Shown here piece by piece: positions 9,920 to 19,930 of a stretch of DNA of 64,000 nt. The notes below the pieces were generated by a model. That model was given only the letters and a program-made list of their open reading frames with translations, did no database searches and was not told where the DNA came from. Where the stretch lies: NCBI GenBank assembly GCA_051003195.1, contig JBPCLP010000041.1, positions 1,997 through 65,996 of the forward strand, read 5' to 3'. Origin of the DNA: Candidatus Sumerlaeaceae bacterium (lineage in GTDB: Bacteria; Sumerlaeota; Sumerlaeia; Sumerlaeales; Sumerlaeaceae). The stretch's first letter is position 1. Each line of letters starts with the position of its first letter. The position numbers and the translations under genes are program-made.

Positions 9920-10936
9920 ATGCCGAAACTACTTTTGATCGAAGACGGAAAAGCCCAGGAAATCCAGATGGGGCAGGAGTTGACGGTCGGTCGCGCCTAT
10001 TCGAATCTTCTGCGACTCGAGGGTGAAGAGATATCGCGCGTTCACGCGATTATCTATCGGCGTGGAGAGGATTTTGTGCTTCGCGATCTGGACAGCAAAA
10101 ATGGGGTGCTGCTAAACGGTCAGAAGGTTATGAATGCCATTCTTGGAGCGGGCGACCAGGTGCAGGTTGGCAATCATTTACTGTTGTTCGATCCACCGAT
10201 GGACTACGATATGGACGGGTTCCTGAAGTCCCACGATGCCTCACTGGAAGCCGAGATTCACACAACGCAATCGACGGACCTGGAAGCCAGTTACGTCTTC
10301 AATCGCGGAGCGCAGAACCTGGGGAACGGCAGCGAACCAAGGAAGGCTGCGCCGCCCGCGCAAGAGCCCGAAGTATTCTTCAACCTGGCGGAACTGGAGG
10401 CTGAAATGGAACAGCTTTCCGCTGCGCCGAATGCGCCTGTAGCAAGTGTACTTTTGCGGCTGCAAAAAACCATTACACAAGAAGCCGCGGCTGAGGGCCT
10501 GGATGGTGAAACCAGGGGACTGGCGCAGCGTCTGCTTTCAGCTCTCATCCGGGCGATGGATGCCGACCGCGGTGTAGTCGTCTATAAGGACGACTCGGAA
10601 GGCGGCCTGACGCTGGCGGCAATCGTGCCCGGTGACCGGGACGTCGCAGTGAATCGCGTTGTGCTCCGCAGCACGTTGCGTGAGGGCAAAGCTATCTTGT
10701 GCAATGACGCTCAACGTGACAGCCGTTTCAGCAGCACAGAGACTGTCAAAAAAGACCGGATCTCCAGCCTGATGGCCTATCCCATTTCGAGGCAGAACCA
10801 GGTTCAGGGGCTTGTATACATCGACACGGTTGATAATCCCGGTGCATTCCGTCGCGAGCAGTTGCATGTTCTTGCGTTTGTTGCAAGTCTGCTCTCCCTT
10901 ACAACGAGTTTGGCGTCGTGCCCTGTTCGTGCGTAA
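9920..10936 (+). CDS. FHA-GAF domain protein
   Basis: FHA motifs VGRAYSN, ISRVHA, DLDSKNGVLLNG. C-terminal GAF (ADRGVV, AILCNDAQRDSRF, ISSLMAYPI, QGLVYID, FRREQL). Confidence 0.88.
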   Translation: MPKLLLIEDGKAQEIQMGQELTVGRAYSNLLRLEGEEISRVHAIIYRRGEDFVLRDLDSKNGVLLNGQKVMNAILGAGDQVQVGNHLLLFDPPMDYDMDGFLKSHDASLEAEIHTTQSTDLEASYVFNRGAQNLGNGSEPRKAAPPAQEPEVFFNLAELEAEMEQLSAAPNAPVASVLLRLQKTITQEAAAEGLDGETRGLAQRLLSALIRAMDADRGVVVYKDDSEGGLTLAAIVPGDRDVAVNRVVLRSTLREGKAILCNDAQRDSRFSSTETVKKDRISSLMAYPISRQNQVQGLVYIDTVDNPGAFRREQLHVLAFVASLLSLTTSLASCPVRA

Positions 10937-10955
10937 GGCACTAATGTAGAATTGC

Positions 10956-12245
10956 ATGCCAAGCCTATTCGCGCCTTCCCTTAGAACGGCTGCCGTTGTA
11001 AGTACCGGAACAGAAATTCTCCAGGGACTCTACCCCGATTCGAATGCATGGTACCTATCGCAACAACTTACTTCCATTGGCGTTCGCGTCGTTGCGATAC
11101 TTACGGGGCCGGACGACGAGACTATTCTCCATCAAATCCTGGAACATGCGCAAAAACTCGCAGATATCGTAATAATTACAGGCGGGCTTGGGCCGACCGA
11201 AGACGACGTTAACCGGTTCGTGTTAGCGCGGCTGTGGAATGTTACGTTGAAGAAAGATGCGCTGGCAGTGGCGATGATGCGACAGCGGTTTGAGGTACGT
11301 GGCCAAGGTGAAATGCCTGAAAGCAATGAAGTGCAGGCACTTGTGCCAGATATGAGTGAGGTTTTCTATAACGAATGGGGTACGGCACCGGGCTTCTATA
11401 TACCGCCGACAACAGTATATCCTGCGCTAATGGCGTTGCCGGGTCCTCCCAAAGAAATGCAGCCGATGTTCGAACAGAATGGGCTCCCGTTGCTGCGGCG
11501 ATTTGTTGCTGGAAAGGTGTTTTTACGCACTCGCACTTTACACACGTACGGTTCATCGGAATCGTCGGTAAACGACCGATGCAGGGATTTGTTTCATGCG
11601 GATCCGCATGTGGGAATGACAATTCTTGCAAAGCCATATGGAGTGGATCTGCGGATTAGCGCGTCTGCGGATTCCGAGGTGCAGGTAGATGCGCTTCTAC
11701 AGAGTTTCGAGCAGAACATCCGGCAGAGAGTGGACGCCTCCGAAATCTACGGCGTTGATGATGAAACCATGCAGAGTGCCGTGGCGGCACTCCTGGTGAA
11801 AAACGGGATCACGATTGCAGCTGCAGAGTCCTGCACTGGTGGGTTGATAGCAAAGCTGCTGACTGATATTCCTGGCAGCTCGGCCTATCTTCGGCAGAGC
11901 CACATAGTTTACGCGGATGAGGCAAAAATCTCTGTGGTGGGAGTACAGCCACAGACCCTCGAGCAATTTGGAGCGGTGAGTGAACAGGTGGCGACTGAGT
12001 TGGCCGACGGAGTTCGGCGGTTAGCGGGCAGTAGTATTGGGATCGGCGTCACCGGGATTGCCGGGCCTTCGGGTGGAACATTAGACAAGCCAGTCGGACT
12101 GACCTACATTGCGCTCTCGGATGCAGCTGGCTCTTTGGTGCGCAAGTACCAGTTCCCTGGTGATCGCGAGCTTAACCGCGTATCAGCCGCACAATCCGCA
12201 TTTTTGCTTCTGCGAAACCGGCTTCTAACTCTTAGCGCTTCTTAA
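10956..12245 (+). CDS. cinA: Competence/damage-inducible protein CinA (MocF-like plus NMN deamidase PncC domain)
   Basis: GTEILQG..DSNA, TGGLGPTEDD, GTAPG, LPGPPKEM, AESCTGG, GAVSE, TGIAGPSGG..KPVG. Confidence 0.93.
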   Translation: MPSLFAPSLRTAAVVSTGTEILQGLYPDSNAWYLSQQLTSIGVRVVAILTGPDDETILHQILEHAQKLADIVIITGGLGPTEDDVNRFVLARLWNVTLKKDALAVAMMRQRFEVRGQGEMPESNEVQALVPDMSEVFYNEWGTAPGFYIPPTTVYPALMALPGPPKEMQPMFEQNGLPLLRRFVAGKVFLRTRTLHTYGSSESSVNDRCRDLFHADPHVGMTILAKPYGVDLRISASADSEVQVDALLQSFEQNIRQRVDASEIYGVDDETMQSAVAALLVKNGITIAAAESCTGGLIAKLLTDIPGSSAYLRQSHIVYADEAKISVVGVQPQTLEQFGAVSEQVATELADGVRRLAGSSIGIGVTGIAGPSGGTLDKPVGLTYIALSDAAGSLVRKYQFPGDRELNRVSAAQSAFLLLRNRLLTLSAS

Positions 12246-14866
12246 TAGACCGTATCGAGATCGTTATCTTCTTCCGGCAAAGTTGCTTCAGCTACTTTGC
12301 CGAAGGGCATCCCTTCCGGCGCTATTTTTCTAAACAGCGCGTCCAGTGCATATTTCAGATCGCGCGCGGACTGGAATCGATCCGCGGGATTCTTTTCGAG
12401 GCATTTCATGATGATGTCACTCAGTTCTGCCGGTACCGCATCGTTGTGCTCCCTGGGCGGGCTTGGTGGCATGTTTACCTGCTGGTAAGCAATATCGCCA
12501 CTGATGAACGGAGGCATTCCCAAAAGCCATTCATACAAAATAATCCCGGCGGAGTAAAGATCCGCGCGCCCGTCAAGCTTACCACCCTGGACCTGTTCAG
12601 GTGCCATATAACGAGGTGTACCGATCACCGCGCCGGTGGGAGTAAACGTCGCCTCTTCAATGTGCACGATGCCAAAGTCCGTAATTTTCGCGACGTGATC
12701 TTTCCCTACCAGGATGTTGTCGGGTTTAATATCGCGGTGAATGATGCCCTTGGAGTGAGTCACGTGAAGTGCGTCGCAAATCTGCGATGTATAATACAAC
12801 GCCTCTTTGATACGCTCCTGGAAACTTCGTGAGGGATTGACGAAATACTCCTCAAATAACTCGCGCAGGGAAGGCCCTTCCACATATTCCATGCTGATGT
12901 AGCTCTGGTGTGTTTGCTGATTAATGTTATAATCGTAAATGTTAACAATGTTGCGGTGGTTAAGTGTCGCTGCAATGCGGGCCTCACGAAAGAATCGCTC
13001 AATAGCTTTGCTGGAATTTGCCAGGCCTTCGCGTAAAATCTTCATCGCGACAGCCTTCCCGAGCTTGTTGTCTATGACCTTATGGACAACCCCCATGCCG
13101 CCGCTTCCGATTTTCTCAACATACTTATAGCGGCCAATCGCCATGTCTCCAATCAGATCGCGCATCTTGGCATCGATACCAAGCTGATTCGTGCCTTCTG
13201 AAAACTGCGTGCGGAGCATTGCGATTCGCTCGGTCACATCACGGTAGGAATCGTCGACGTCCGCAATCGTGCGCAGGAGCGACAATGCTTCGGCCAAACG
13301 CTTTCGATCAACCATGATCAGGTGCAGGTCGTAGAGATTTTCGAGATCCATTTCTGAGACCGGCATCGCCTGGAATGCTTCCACGGCCGGGGTAAAGCTG
13401 CGACGCTTCATATAAGCGACTGCAAGACACCTGGTCGCTTCAACGTTTGTCTCAGGAAATTGCGAAGCATGTTTATACTCGGCTATAGCGCTGTCGATCT
13501 GCTCACATGCCAGGTACAGATCACCGCTGCGCAGGCGTAACTCGGGTAGATTTGGGTTTCTCTCAAGAATCGCATCGTACACGATACGCAACTTGTCGCG
13601 CGCGATCGGGTCATCCTGTCGGCGTTCCAGGATTAAATCGTAAAATTGAGAAGCGCGGTAGAAATCCTGCTTGTTCAGATAATACTGTGCAATAAAATGC
13701 AGATCGTCGAGATGATCCTGTTTTACGAGGGGGAGCAACTCGACAATCTTTGCCAGCACGAAGGCGTCCTCTTTGTAGCCCAGCCGCAACACCTTGGTAT
13801 AGTTAGCGAGTGCCAGATCGTATCGCCGGTTTGAAAAATTGAGTTCCGCCACCGCCAGTTCGGTGTGGATTTCCATTTCCTTTTCGCGGAGCGCCTTGGC
13901 CTCCTTGATTACAAGGTCGTTGTCGTTAATAAACTGCAGCAGGTAGACGGCAGTGTCGAGTTCCCCGATTTTCTCCAACTCGACCGTGATGCGGTTGAGA
14001 AGCTGCTTGTTCTCCTCGTCCACCGGTATCTTGGACAGGTAGTCAAATGCCCGGCGGTAATCCTGCATTTCGATCAGCAGCCCGGCTATGCGTTTTACGA
14101 GCGCATAATTCTGGTTAACCGGAAACCTGACCCTTTCAAATGCCCGTAGCGCGGCACTTGTGTCTCCAATGAGCAGGTGCATCTCGGTGATATCCATGAT
14201 GAGCTGGTTCTGGGCATTGATGTTGGATTCAGTGTCGGCTGCCTGCTCCAGCAACTCGGTCAGCGCGTGCACGATTTCAGGATCCTGAAAACCGTTCGCG
14301 ACCACTCCGCGATACAAGTGCATAGCCTGTTCCGTAAGGCCCAGGTTCCGATATAGTTTGGCGAAATACGCCTTCTCTGATGGCTGAAAAGTATGCAGCC
14401 TGCTTGCAAGTTCATAGCTCCGCACAATCAGGCGCTGATCAGGAAAGCCGTGCTTCACCGCATTCTCGTAAGCACCAATGGCAAACAGGATATTTCCGCG
14501 CATAAGGTGCAGGTCTCCAAGAGCGAAAAACAGGTCTGGAGAGTTTGGGATATCTTTCAGGTAGTCCTGCATGAGCACGATAACGCCGGAAAGACCTTCC
14601 TGGTCTATCAGTTCCGGGTCTGCTGCCTCCACTGTGAATCGCCGCAACTGCCGAAGGAAAACGCACAGGTTCAATGCACTTGCGTAGCGTGGCTCCCGCG
14701 GCGCAGCCATGGCTGCTTTCTCGTAAATTGTTTGAGTTCTGGCGCTCAGCAGTCCCCGGGAGTAGTACCCGTCCGCAAGGTCCTTTAAGAGCCCAATATC
14801 GAGGGGATTATCGGCAAAACGCTCTTCAAGGTCTGCAAGGTCGAGTGTGGGCGTAGTGGTAGACAT
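12242..14866 (-). CDS. TPR-repeat-containing Ser/Thr protein kinase (kinase domain C-terminal)
   Basis: About 550 aa of helical TPR-like repeats, then IGSGGMGVV, VAMK, HRDIKPDN, DFGI, GTPRYMAPE, DLYSAG. No TM segment seen. Confidence 0.92.
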   Translation of the reverse strand: MSTTTPTLDLADLEERFADNPLDIGLLKDLADGYYSRGLLSARTQTIYEKAAMAAPREPRYASALNLCVFLRQLRRFTVEAADPELIDQEGLSGVIVLMQDYLKDIPNSPDLFFALGDLHLMRGNILFAIGAYENAVKHGFPDQRLIVRSYELASRLHTFQPSEKAYFAKLYRNLGLTEQAMHLYRGVVANGFQDPEIVHALTELLEQAADTESNINAQNQLIMDITEMHLLIGDTSAALRAFERVRFPVNQNYALVKRIAGLLIEMQDYRRAFDYLSKIPVDEENKQLLNRITVELEKIGELDTAVYLLQFINDNDLVIKEAKALREKEMEIHTELAVAELNFSNRRYDLALANYTKVLRLGYKEDAFVLAKIVELLPLVKQDHLDDLHFIAQYYLNKQDFYRASQFYDLILERRQDDPIARDKLRIVYDAILERNPNLPELRLRSGDLYLACEQIDSAIAEYKHASQFPETNVEATRCLAVAYMKRRSFTPAVEAFQAMPVSEMDLENLYDLHLIMVDRKRLAEALSLLRTIADVDDSYRDVTERIAMLRTQFSEGTNQLGIDAKMRDLIGDMAIGRYKYVEKIGSGGMGVVHKVIDNKLGKAVAMKILREGLANSSKAIERFFREARIAATLNHRNIVNIYDYNINQQTHQSYISMEYVEGPSLRELFEEYFVNPSRSFQERIKEALYYTSQICDALHVTHSKGIIHRDIKPDNILVGKDHVAKITDFGIVHIEEATFTPTGAVIGTPRYMAPEQVQGGKLDGRADLYSAGIILYEWLLGMPPFISGDIAYQQVNMPPSPPREHNDAVPAELSDIIMKCLEKNPADRFQSARDLKYALDALFRKIAPEGMPFGKVAEATLPEEDNDLDTVY

Positions 14867-14953
14867 CTTTACATGTCATACAACCTTCAGCATTGGCTTT
14901 AATGCAAACTCATTCCGCACCCTGGACCGGGTCACGACGATGCACATGTACAA

Positions 14954-16402
14954 TCAGGCGGACGCCAGGGGATAAGTCAGTGTGAACCGGCTGCCTTCTC
15001 CCGCCCGAGATTCAACCTTGATACGTCCGCCGGTGGCATTCAGGAGTATTTTGACTACGGAAAGGCCAATCCCCATGCCGCCGTACACGCGCTCGAGTCG
15101 AAAATCCACCTGGTAAAAATGGTCAAATATCCGCTGTAGATTTTCTTCGCGAATGCCGATACCACTATCGGCGATGACAATGTCGACATCGGTTCCCTGC
15201 TGCTGGAACTCAACGGTGACACGGCCCGGGGAGCTGGAAAACTTCAGAGCATTATCGAGCAGGTGAAACAGGATGCGCTCCAGGGCTGTCTCGTCGGCTA
15301 TGATCAGCGGTACGCGGTCACGGATCACTGGCTCCACTTTTATCTGGCTGTTGCCCCGGCGCGTTTCGGCCTTGGGTGCCACCTTCAGGACGGCTGAAAG
15401 CGGGTCAATCGGGTGGACGGAGACATTCACCATCCCGCCTGCCTCAACTTCAGCTATTTCCAGCAGGTCGTTTACCATACTTTGCAAATTATTGGAGTGC
15501 TGGGACACGCGCCTTAACAAATCCAGCTGAGCCGGCACCATCTCGCCAACCTTGCCCTCGCTCAGCAAATGCACGAAACCGATGATTGAAGTCAAAGGTG
15601 TGCGTAGTTCGTGCGATACGATCGACAAAAAATTTGTTTTAAGCCGGTCTACTTCACGCAGACGTTCGGTTGTTTCTGTCAGTTCTGCAACAAGCTCCAC
15701 ATTGTCGAGAGTTACAGAAGCATGATTGAGCAGCCACTGAAAGTAGACGACGGATTCGGCTTCGGCGGGGCTGTTCTCGTACATCCTGTCCGCAACGATG
15801 ACCGCGTGCAGACCACGCTTTGTAATGAGTCGCCCGGCAATAAATGGTTCGGTGAATAGCGACTCGAGGCCGGCAACATTAACTTCGCCCGGCACAAAGA
15901 GAGTTGCCTGTGTCGCAGCGGAGGCCAGCTCGAGCACGTGGTCGCCCGATAGCGCGTCACGTTTCCAGGTCAGCTCACTAAATTTTGCATTCAGGCTGGT
16001 GCCCTGGTCCTGCCCTTGCAGAAGACCTATCCAGACTGCATGATAGCGCAAATCATCCAGCCTCTGCAAGACGCCAGGTTCGGGTGAATCGCGCTGCATT
16101 TCCTGAAGCAACTCCTGCAACCTTAGCTCTTCCTCCAGCAGCTCCGCGCGCAGCCGATTGTGTTCTTCCTGGCTGGAAGGCCCGAGGGCCAATCGTCCGT
16201 TGAAGCTGCGAGATCGCTCATCATATCGTATGATAAATGCGCGAGAAAAGCCAAACGTGTTTGGCCCCAGCAGCAGACTCGCCATGATGATATAGAAATC
16301 GTCCAGCTTTGAAGCTGAGCCCAGGGCAGTGTGAATCTGCTCAAGCAGGTAAAGCTCCTGCATGTGCCGGCCAGACGGCAGCCGTAAAGGGATAGACGTC
16401 AC
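14954..16402 (-). CDS. Cytoplasmic sensor histidine kinase (GAF-like N-terminus, HisKA, HATPase)
   Basis: H-box FLSIVSHELRTPLTSI, N-box LLDNALKFS, DSGIGI, FDHFYQVD, GGMGIGL. GTG at 16402 overlaps the upstream TGA (GTGA). Alternative ATG at 16363. Confidence 0.9.
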   Translation of the reverse strand: MTSIPLRLPSGRHMQELYLLEQIHTALGSASKLDDFYIIMASLLLGPNTFGFSRAFIIRYDERSRSFNGRLALGPSSQEEHNRLRAELLEEELRLQELLQEMQRDSPEPGVLQRLDDLRYHAVWIGLLQGQDQGTSLNAKFSELTWKRDALSGDHVLELASAATQATLFVPGEVNVAGLESLFTEPFIAGRLITKRGLHAVIVADRMYENSPAEAESVVYFQWLLNHASVTLDNVELVAELTETTERLREVDRLKTNFLSIVSHELRTPLTSIIGFVHLLSEGKVGEMVPAQLDLLRRVSQHSNNLQSMVNDLLEIAEVEAGGMVNVSVHPIDPLSAVLKVAPKAETRRGNSQIKVEPVIRDRVPLIIADETALERILFHLLDNALKFSSSPGRVTVEFQQQGTDVDIVIADSGIGIREENLQRIFDHFYQVDFRLERVYGGMGIGLSVVKILLNATGGRIKVESRAGEGSRFTLTYPLASA

Positions 16403-16878
16403 TTCTGGCGGATCTTCATCAGCTCGACCGTAGTCCCGCCGCCGGGAGCGCAATGGACATCCACACGGTCCATAAACTTTTCCATCAGGAGAAATCCGAG
16501 CCCGCGAAAACGTTCGCGCGTATTATCCGCATAGTCCTCAACCGACTTCAGGGGCGAAGGATATTTCGGCACATTGCCATCGCCGTGGTCCACGATTCGG
16601 ACCACCATCTGTTCCCCGGAGTAGCGGATCTCTACCAACAGATCATTCATCTTCGGACCTGCTGGCCGCTTATTGCTGTAGGCATGCTCAACCACATTGG
16701 CACAGGCCTCATCCACGCAAATCTCGATTTCTGCCACCTGCGGCTCCGGGAAACACAGATGGCGCGCGACCGTGCACACGAACTCGCGCAATAGCCCCAG
16801 CATCGATCCATCCAGACGGCAACGCAGCTCAATCTGCGGCTGCTCTAGTGTGTTGAAATTACCCTGAGGATCTGACAT
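16399..16878 (-). CDS. Anti-sigma factor / serine kinase (RsbW/SpoIIAB-like)
   Basis: EIEICVDEACANVVEHAY, DHGDG, RGLGFLLMEKFMDRV, GGGTTV. Confidence 0.9.
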   Translation of the reverse strand: MSDPQGNFNTLEQPQIELRCRLDGSMLGLLREFVCTVARHLCFPEPQVAEIEICVDEACANVVEHAYSNKRPAGPKMNDLLVEIRYSGEQMVVRIVDHGDGNVPKYPSPLKSVEDYADNTRERFRGLGFLLMEKFMDRVDVHCAPGGGTTVELMKIRQK

Positions 16879-16892
16879 TCGGATGAGGCTTC

Positions 16893-16991
16893 CTAGTGTG
16901 GGCTACCGTTAATTCGCATTCGGTTCTGTGTGCCGAAGTGAGCTAATCTTCCGAGCTCAAACTGGAAAGGAACTTTGATTCGGCACACTAG
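16893..16991. mobile_element. ~100-bp MITE-like repeat, copy 1
   Basis: CTAG-TGTGGGCTACCGTTAATTCG...GTTCTGTGTGCCGAA...TTCGGCACA-CTAG. The right CTAG contains the TAG stop of the STAS gene. Confidence 0.8.
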
Positions 16992-17353
16992 GACGAGCTC
17001 GCTTTCATTTTTTCAAGTGCTTCAGACTGTTCATGGGCGATCTTAAATATTTTAGTGAACCCTAGTCCATCGAGGATGGTGTAAACTTTAGGCGTGGGGC
17101 TCAGAAGCACCAGGTCGCCTCCGCCCTGTCCCAGTTTTCTGGCCAGTCCCATCATGGCGCCGATTCCCGCGCTCGAAATATAGCTCAACCCGCTGATGTC
17201 CAGAATGACCCGCTTGTGGCCGGCGTCGACCGTTGTGTTTACGGCTTTTTCGAATTCGATTACCGTATGCGCATCGATGTAGCCGCGCAGGTCGAATTGC
17301 ACAATAGCAGCGTCGCCGTCTATATCATGACTTTCGAAGGTGAAAGCTTTCAT
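16988..17353 (-). CDS. STAS-domain anti-anti-sigma factor (RsbV/SpoIIAA-like)
   Basis: LRGYIDAHT, ILDISGLSYISSAGIG (phospho-acceptor Ser motif), GGDLVLL. Confidence 0.93.
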   Translation of the reverse strand: MKAFTFESHDIDGDAAIVQFDLRGYIDAHTVIEFEKAVNTTVDAGHKRVILDISGLSYISSAGIGAMMGLARKLGQGGGDLVLLSPTPKVYTILDGLGFTKIFKIAHEQSEALEKMKASSS

Positions 17354-17363
17354 CGTACCGCCT

Positions 17364-18851
17364 TTAAGCGCCTGCCGACTGCTGCAGTGCAGGCGCCGGC
17401 AAATTCGTGCTTACTTCTCCGCGATCAACTACTCGAAATACTACCATCGTAATATCATCGTGCTGAGGATGCCCTTTGGTAAAGCTACCTATATCGGTCA
17501 GTGTGTTTTCAATAATTTCCTGCGGTGTTTTCGTGTGATTCGCCGCAATAAGTCCGAAGAACCGCTGCTGCCCGTACTCATTTTCCGCATCGTCCATTGC
17601 TTCAACGACACCATCCGTGTACATAATAGCAATATCGCCGGATTCCAAGGGTAAAACAGCCTCCTCCAGCATTCCAAACATGTCGGCTGACACCAGGCCC
17701 ATGGCGATACCGTCTGGGGAGGAGAGGCGCACCGGACCCTCCACCGCTTTTGTGGTAACCAGCGGCTCGTGACCCGCGCGTGCAAATCGGAACGTTCTTT
17801 CCCTGGTGTCGAGAATTCCATAGGTCATCGTGACAAAGACGTTTTCCTTGGTATCAGCGTACACTCGTTCGTTGACCTTAACCATGACCTCGCGAGGGGA
17901 GAGATTGTCCTGCGCCATCGCTCGCATTGTACAGCGCACCACCGCCATAATTAAAGCGCCGGGAATTCCTTTGCCCGAAACGTCCGCTATAACGATCCCT
18001 AAGTATCGCTCGTTGTCATCGACCCAGAAGAAGTCGTAGTAGTCTCCGCCCACTTCCAGTGCGGGAGCGGAAAATGCCGCGATCTGGTAGCCTGGAGGTT
18101 GCGGGCAACTTGCCGGCAGCAGCATTCGCTGGAAATCATGCGCGACACGAAGCTCCTGCTCGATCCGTTGCTTTTCGGCAAGCTCGCTGTAGAGCTTCAC
18201 CATCTCGACAGTGGATGCAGCCTGGTCGGCCAACGAAGCCAGCAGGTCCATCTCCTCGTCCGTAAACACACCAATGCCACGTTTGTTGACGACAGCGAGG
18301 ACGCCGAGGATGCGCCCTCGTGCCTTGAGTGGCGCTACCATGATTGTCCGGATGGAGAGGCCGTCCGTGCCGGAATTTGGTACCCGCGGATCAGTGGTGG
18401 CATCGCGAATCAGTATCGGTTCACCCTTTTCGGCGACCTCGCCGATCACACCCTGCCCCAGCGGGATCCGCTCCCTTTTTACTCGCTCGCTCAGGTACTT
18501 CTGTTTTGTCAGGACGTAATTGGTCGTTTGCATCAGCGGCGGGAACATCCCGTGTACCACGCGTGCGCTGAGGTGATTGTCATGCGGGTCCAACAGGAAC
18601 GCTCCGCCTGCCTCCGCCTCAGTAAGGTCGACCACAAATTCCGTGATGATTTTCAGCGTGGGCTCAAGCGCCAGGTTTTCTTTTGTGAGGCGATCGCCGA
18701 GGTTATTGAGGAACATAAACACCGCTTTGCGCTCGCGGTAGTTCTTCTCGACCTGGGTAATCAGTTCACGCTCACGATTGCGCACACGAACAAGCCAGAC
18801 CACCAGCGCGGTGATAATAGCCAAGTAAACAAATGCGGCGTATTGGGCCAT
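17364..18851 (-). CDS. Membrane-anchored GAF-PP2C phosphatase (RsbU/SpoIIE-like)
   Basis: N-terminal TM helix, GAF (GVIGEVAEKGEP..DATTDPR, FTDEEMDLL), PP2C motifs EVGGDYYDF, IADVSGKG, RAGHEP, YTDGVVEA, DDITMV. Confidence 0.93.
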   Translation of the reverse strand: MAQYAAFVYLAIITALVVWLVRVRNRERELITQVEKNYRERKAVFMFLNNLGDRLTKENLALEPTLKIITEFVVDLTEAEAGGAFLLDPHDNHLSARVVHGMFPPLMQTTNYVLTKQKYLSERVKRERIPLGQGVIGEVAEKGEPILIRDATTDPRVPNSGTDGLSIRTIMVAPLKARGRILGVLAVVNKRGIGVFTDEEMDLLASLADQAASTVEMVKLYSELAEKQRIEQELRVAHDFQRMLLPASCPQPPGYQIAAFSAPALEVGGDYYDFFWVDDNERYLGIVIADVSGKGIPGALIMAVVRCTMRAMAQDNLSPREVMVKVNERVYADTKENVFVTMTYGILDTRERTFRFARAGHEPLVTTKAVEGPVRLSSPDGIAMGLVSADMFGMLEEAVLPLESGDIAIMYTDGVVEAMDDAENEYGQQRFFGLIAANHTKTPQEIIENTLTDIGSFTKGHPQHDDITMVVFRVVDRGEVSTNLPAPALQQSAGA

Positions 18852-18932
18852 TCGTCAGAAACCTACTTCAGCTGTAACTCGTACACGCGTCCCGCAATGA
18901 AAAACCTACATCGTTTGTCCGGCGAATCGTGC

Positions 18933-19754
18933 TTACTTCAGCGTTCGAATTCTGCCGGCGCCCCACTGCTCAAGGAATGCAGCGGCAAGGTACGTATAAC
19001 CGCCGATGCCCGGATGTACACCGTCTACTATCACCAGGAGCGGTGGCGATTGCGCGCGTCCGGCTCGTAACGCCTTCAGCATTGGATTATACAAATCCAC
19101 CACAGGCAGACCCCGAGCCTTGCCAACTTCGTGAATAAATCCGCTGTAATGCGAAAGCACATCGTTAAATCCTGCCTGGTCGAAACCAAGGGCTTCTGGC
19201 AGTAACACGGGGTCGATCACGGTTGTTGTGCAAAGCACCAGCCGCGCGGCCGGTAATTTCTGGTTCAGCAGATCAAGGAGGTGCGGATAGTTCACCTGGA
19301 AACTTGCGTAGCGTTGCTGAGTTTCGGGCAGCTCCCATGGCGAGCGGTACAGGGCATCATTTATGCCGAAGAAAACGACGACCACCGTGGGATTAAAAGG
19401 CACCAGGTCCGAATCGATGCGAGCTGCTCCATCGACGCTGCTGTTGCTGTCTACGCCGAATTGCGCAAAGGTCAATCCAAGCTCAGGTTGATGCAGACGA
19501 TAGTGATGCTCAATAATCGTGGGGTAAACATTGGCTCTCGTGAGGCTGTCCCCGAAAAAAGCAATACGGTCTCCAGCCCTTGGCTTGAATTTGCCAAACT
19601 TGAAACTGCGCAGTGCAGACGCATTCTCCGTCGCTCCCACAGCGGCTTCGAATTCTTTCGCTCCTGAAACACTGCTGAAAAGTAAGCTCAATCCGGCAAA
19701 TAGCAGACCCGTATAGCGTGTCACTTGCACCAAAACAGATGATCTAAATATCAT
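18933..19754 (-). CDS. Exported SGNH/GDSL hydrolase
   Basis: Signal-like N-terminus, FFGDSLT, FGIND, DGVHP. Confidence 0.88.
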   Translation of the reverse strand: MIFRSSVLVQVTRYTGLLFAGLSLLFSSVSGAKEFEAAVGATENASALRSFKFGKFKPRAGDRIAFFGDSLTRANVYPTIIEHHYRLHQPELGLTFAQFGVDSNSSVDGAARIDSDLVPFNPTVVVVFFGINDALYRSPWELPETQQRYASFQVNYPHLLDLLNQKLPAARLVLCTTTVIDPVLLPEALGFDQAGFNDVLSHYSGFIHEVGKARGLPVVDLYNPMLKALRAGRAQSPPLLVIVDGVHPGIGGYTYLAAAFLEQWGAGRIRTLK

Positions 19755-19831
19755 AACAGAGTTATAGCGCAAACCGCGGTAAACATGCGCGTTAAATTCG
19801 GGAATTTTGAGTTCTCTATTACGGTTGCGCG

Positions 19832-19930
19832 CTGGTGTGGTCTACCGCTAGTTCGTAATTAGTTCTGTGTGCCGAATCGAGGGTACGTTTGCCCATCGCC
19901 TGGTTATGAACTACTGATTCGGCACACTGG
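19832..19930. mobile_element. ~100-bp MITE-like repeat, copy 2
   Basis: CTGG-TGTGGTCTACCGCTAGTTCG...GTTCTGTGTGCCGAATC...GATTCGGCACA-CTGG. Confidence 0.8.

Noticed and set aside
12242-12245. Convergent cinA and kinase genes sharing a TTAA stop overlap
   Set aside because: A common compact-genome arrangement that is no evidence of functional coupling.
18099-19070. 323-aa plus-strand ORF
   Set aside because: Antisense shadow of the GAF-PP2C gene.
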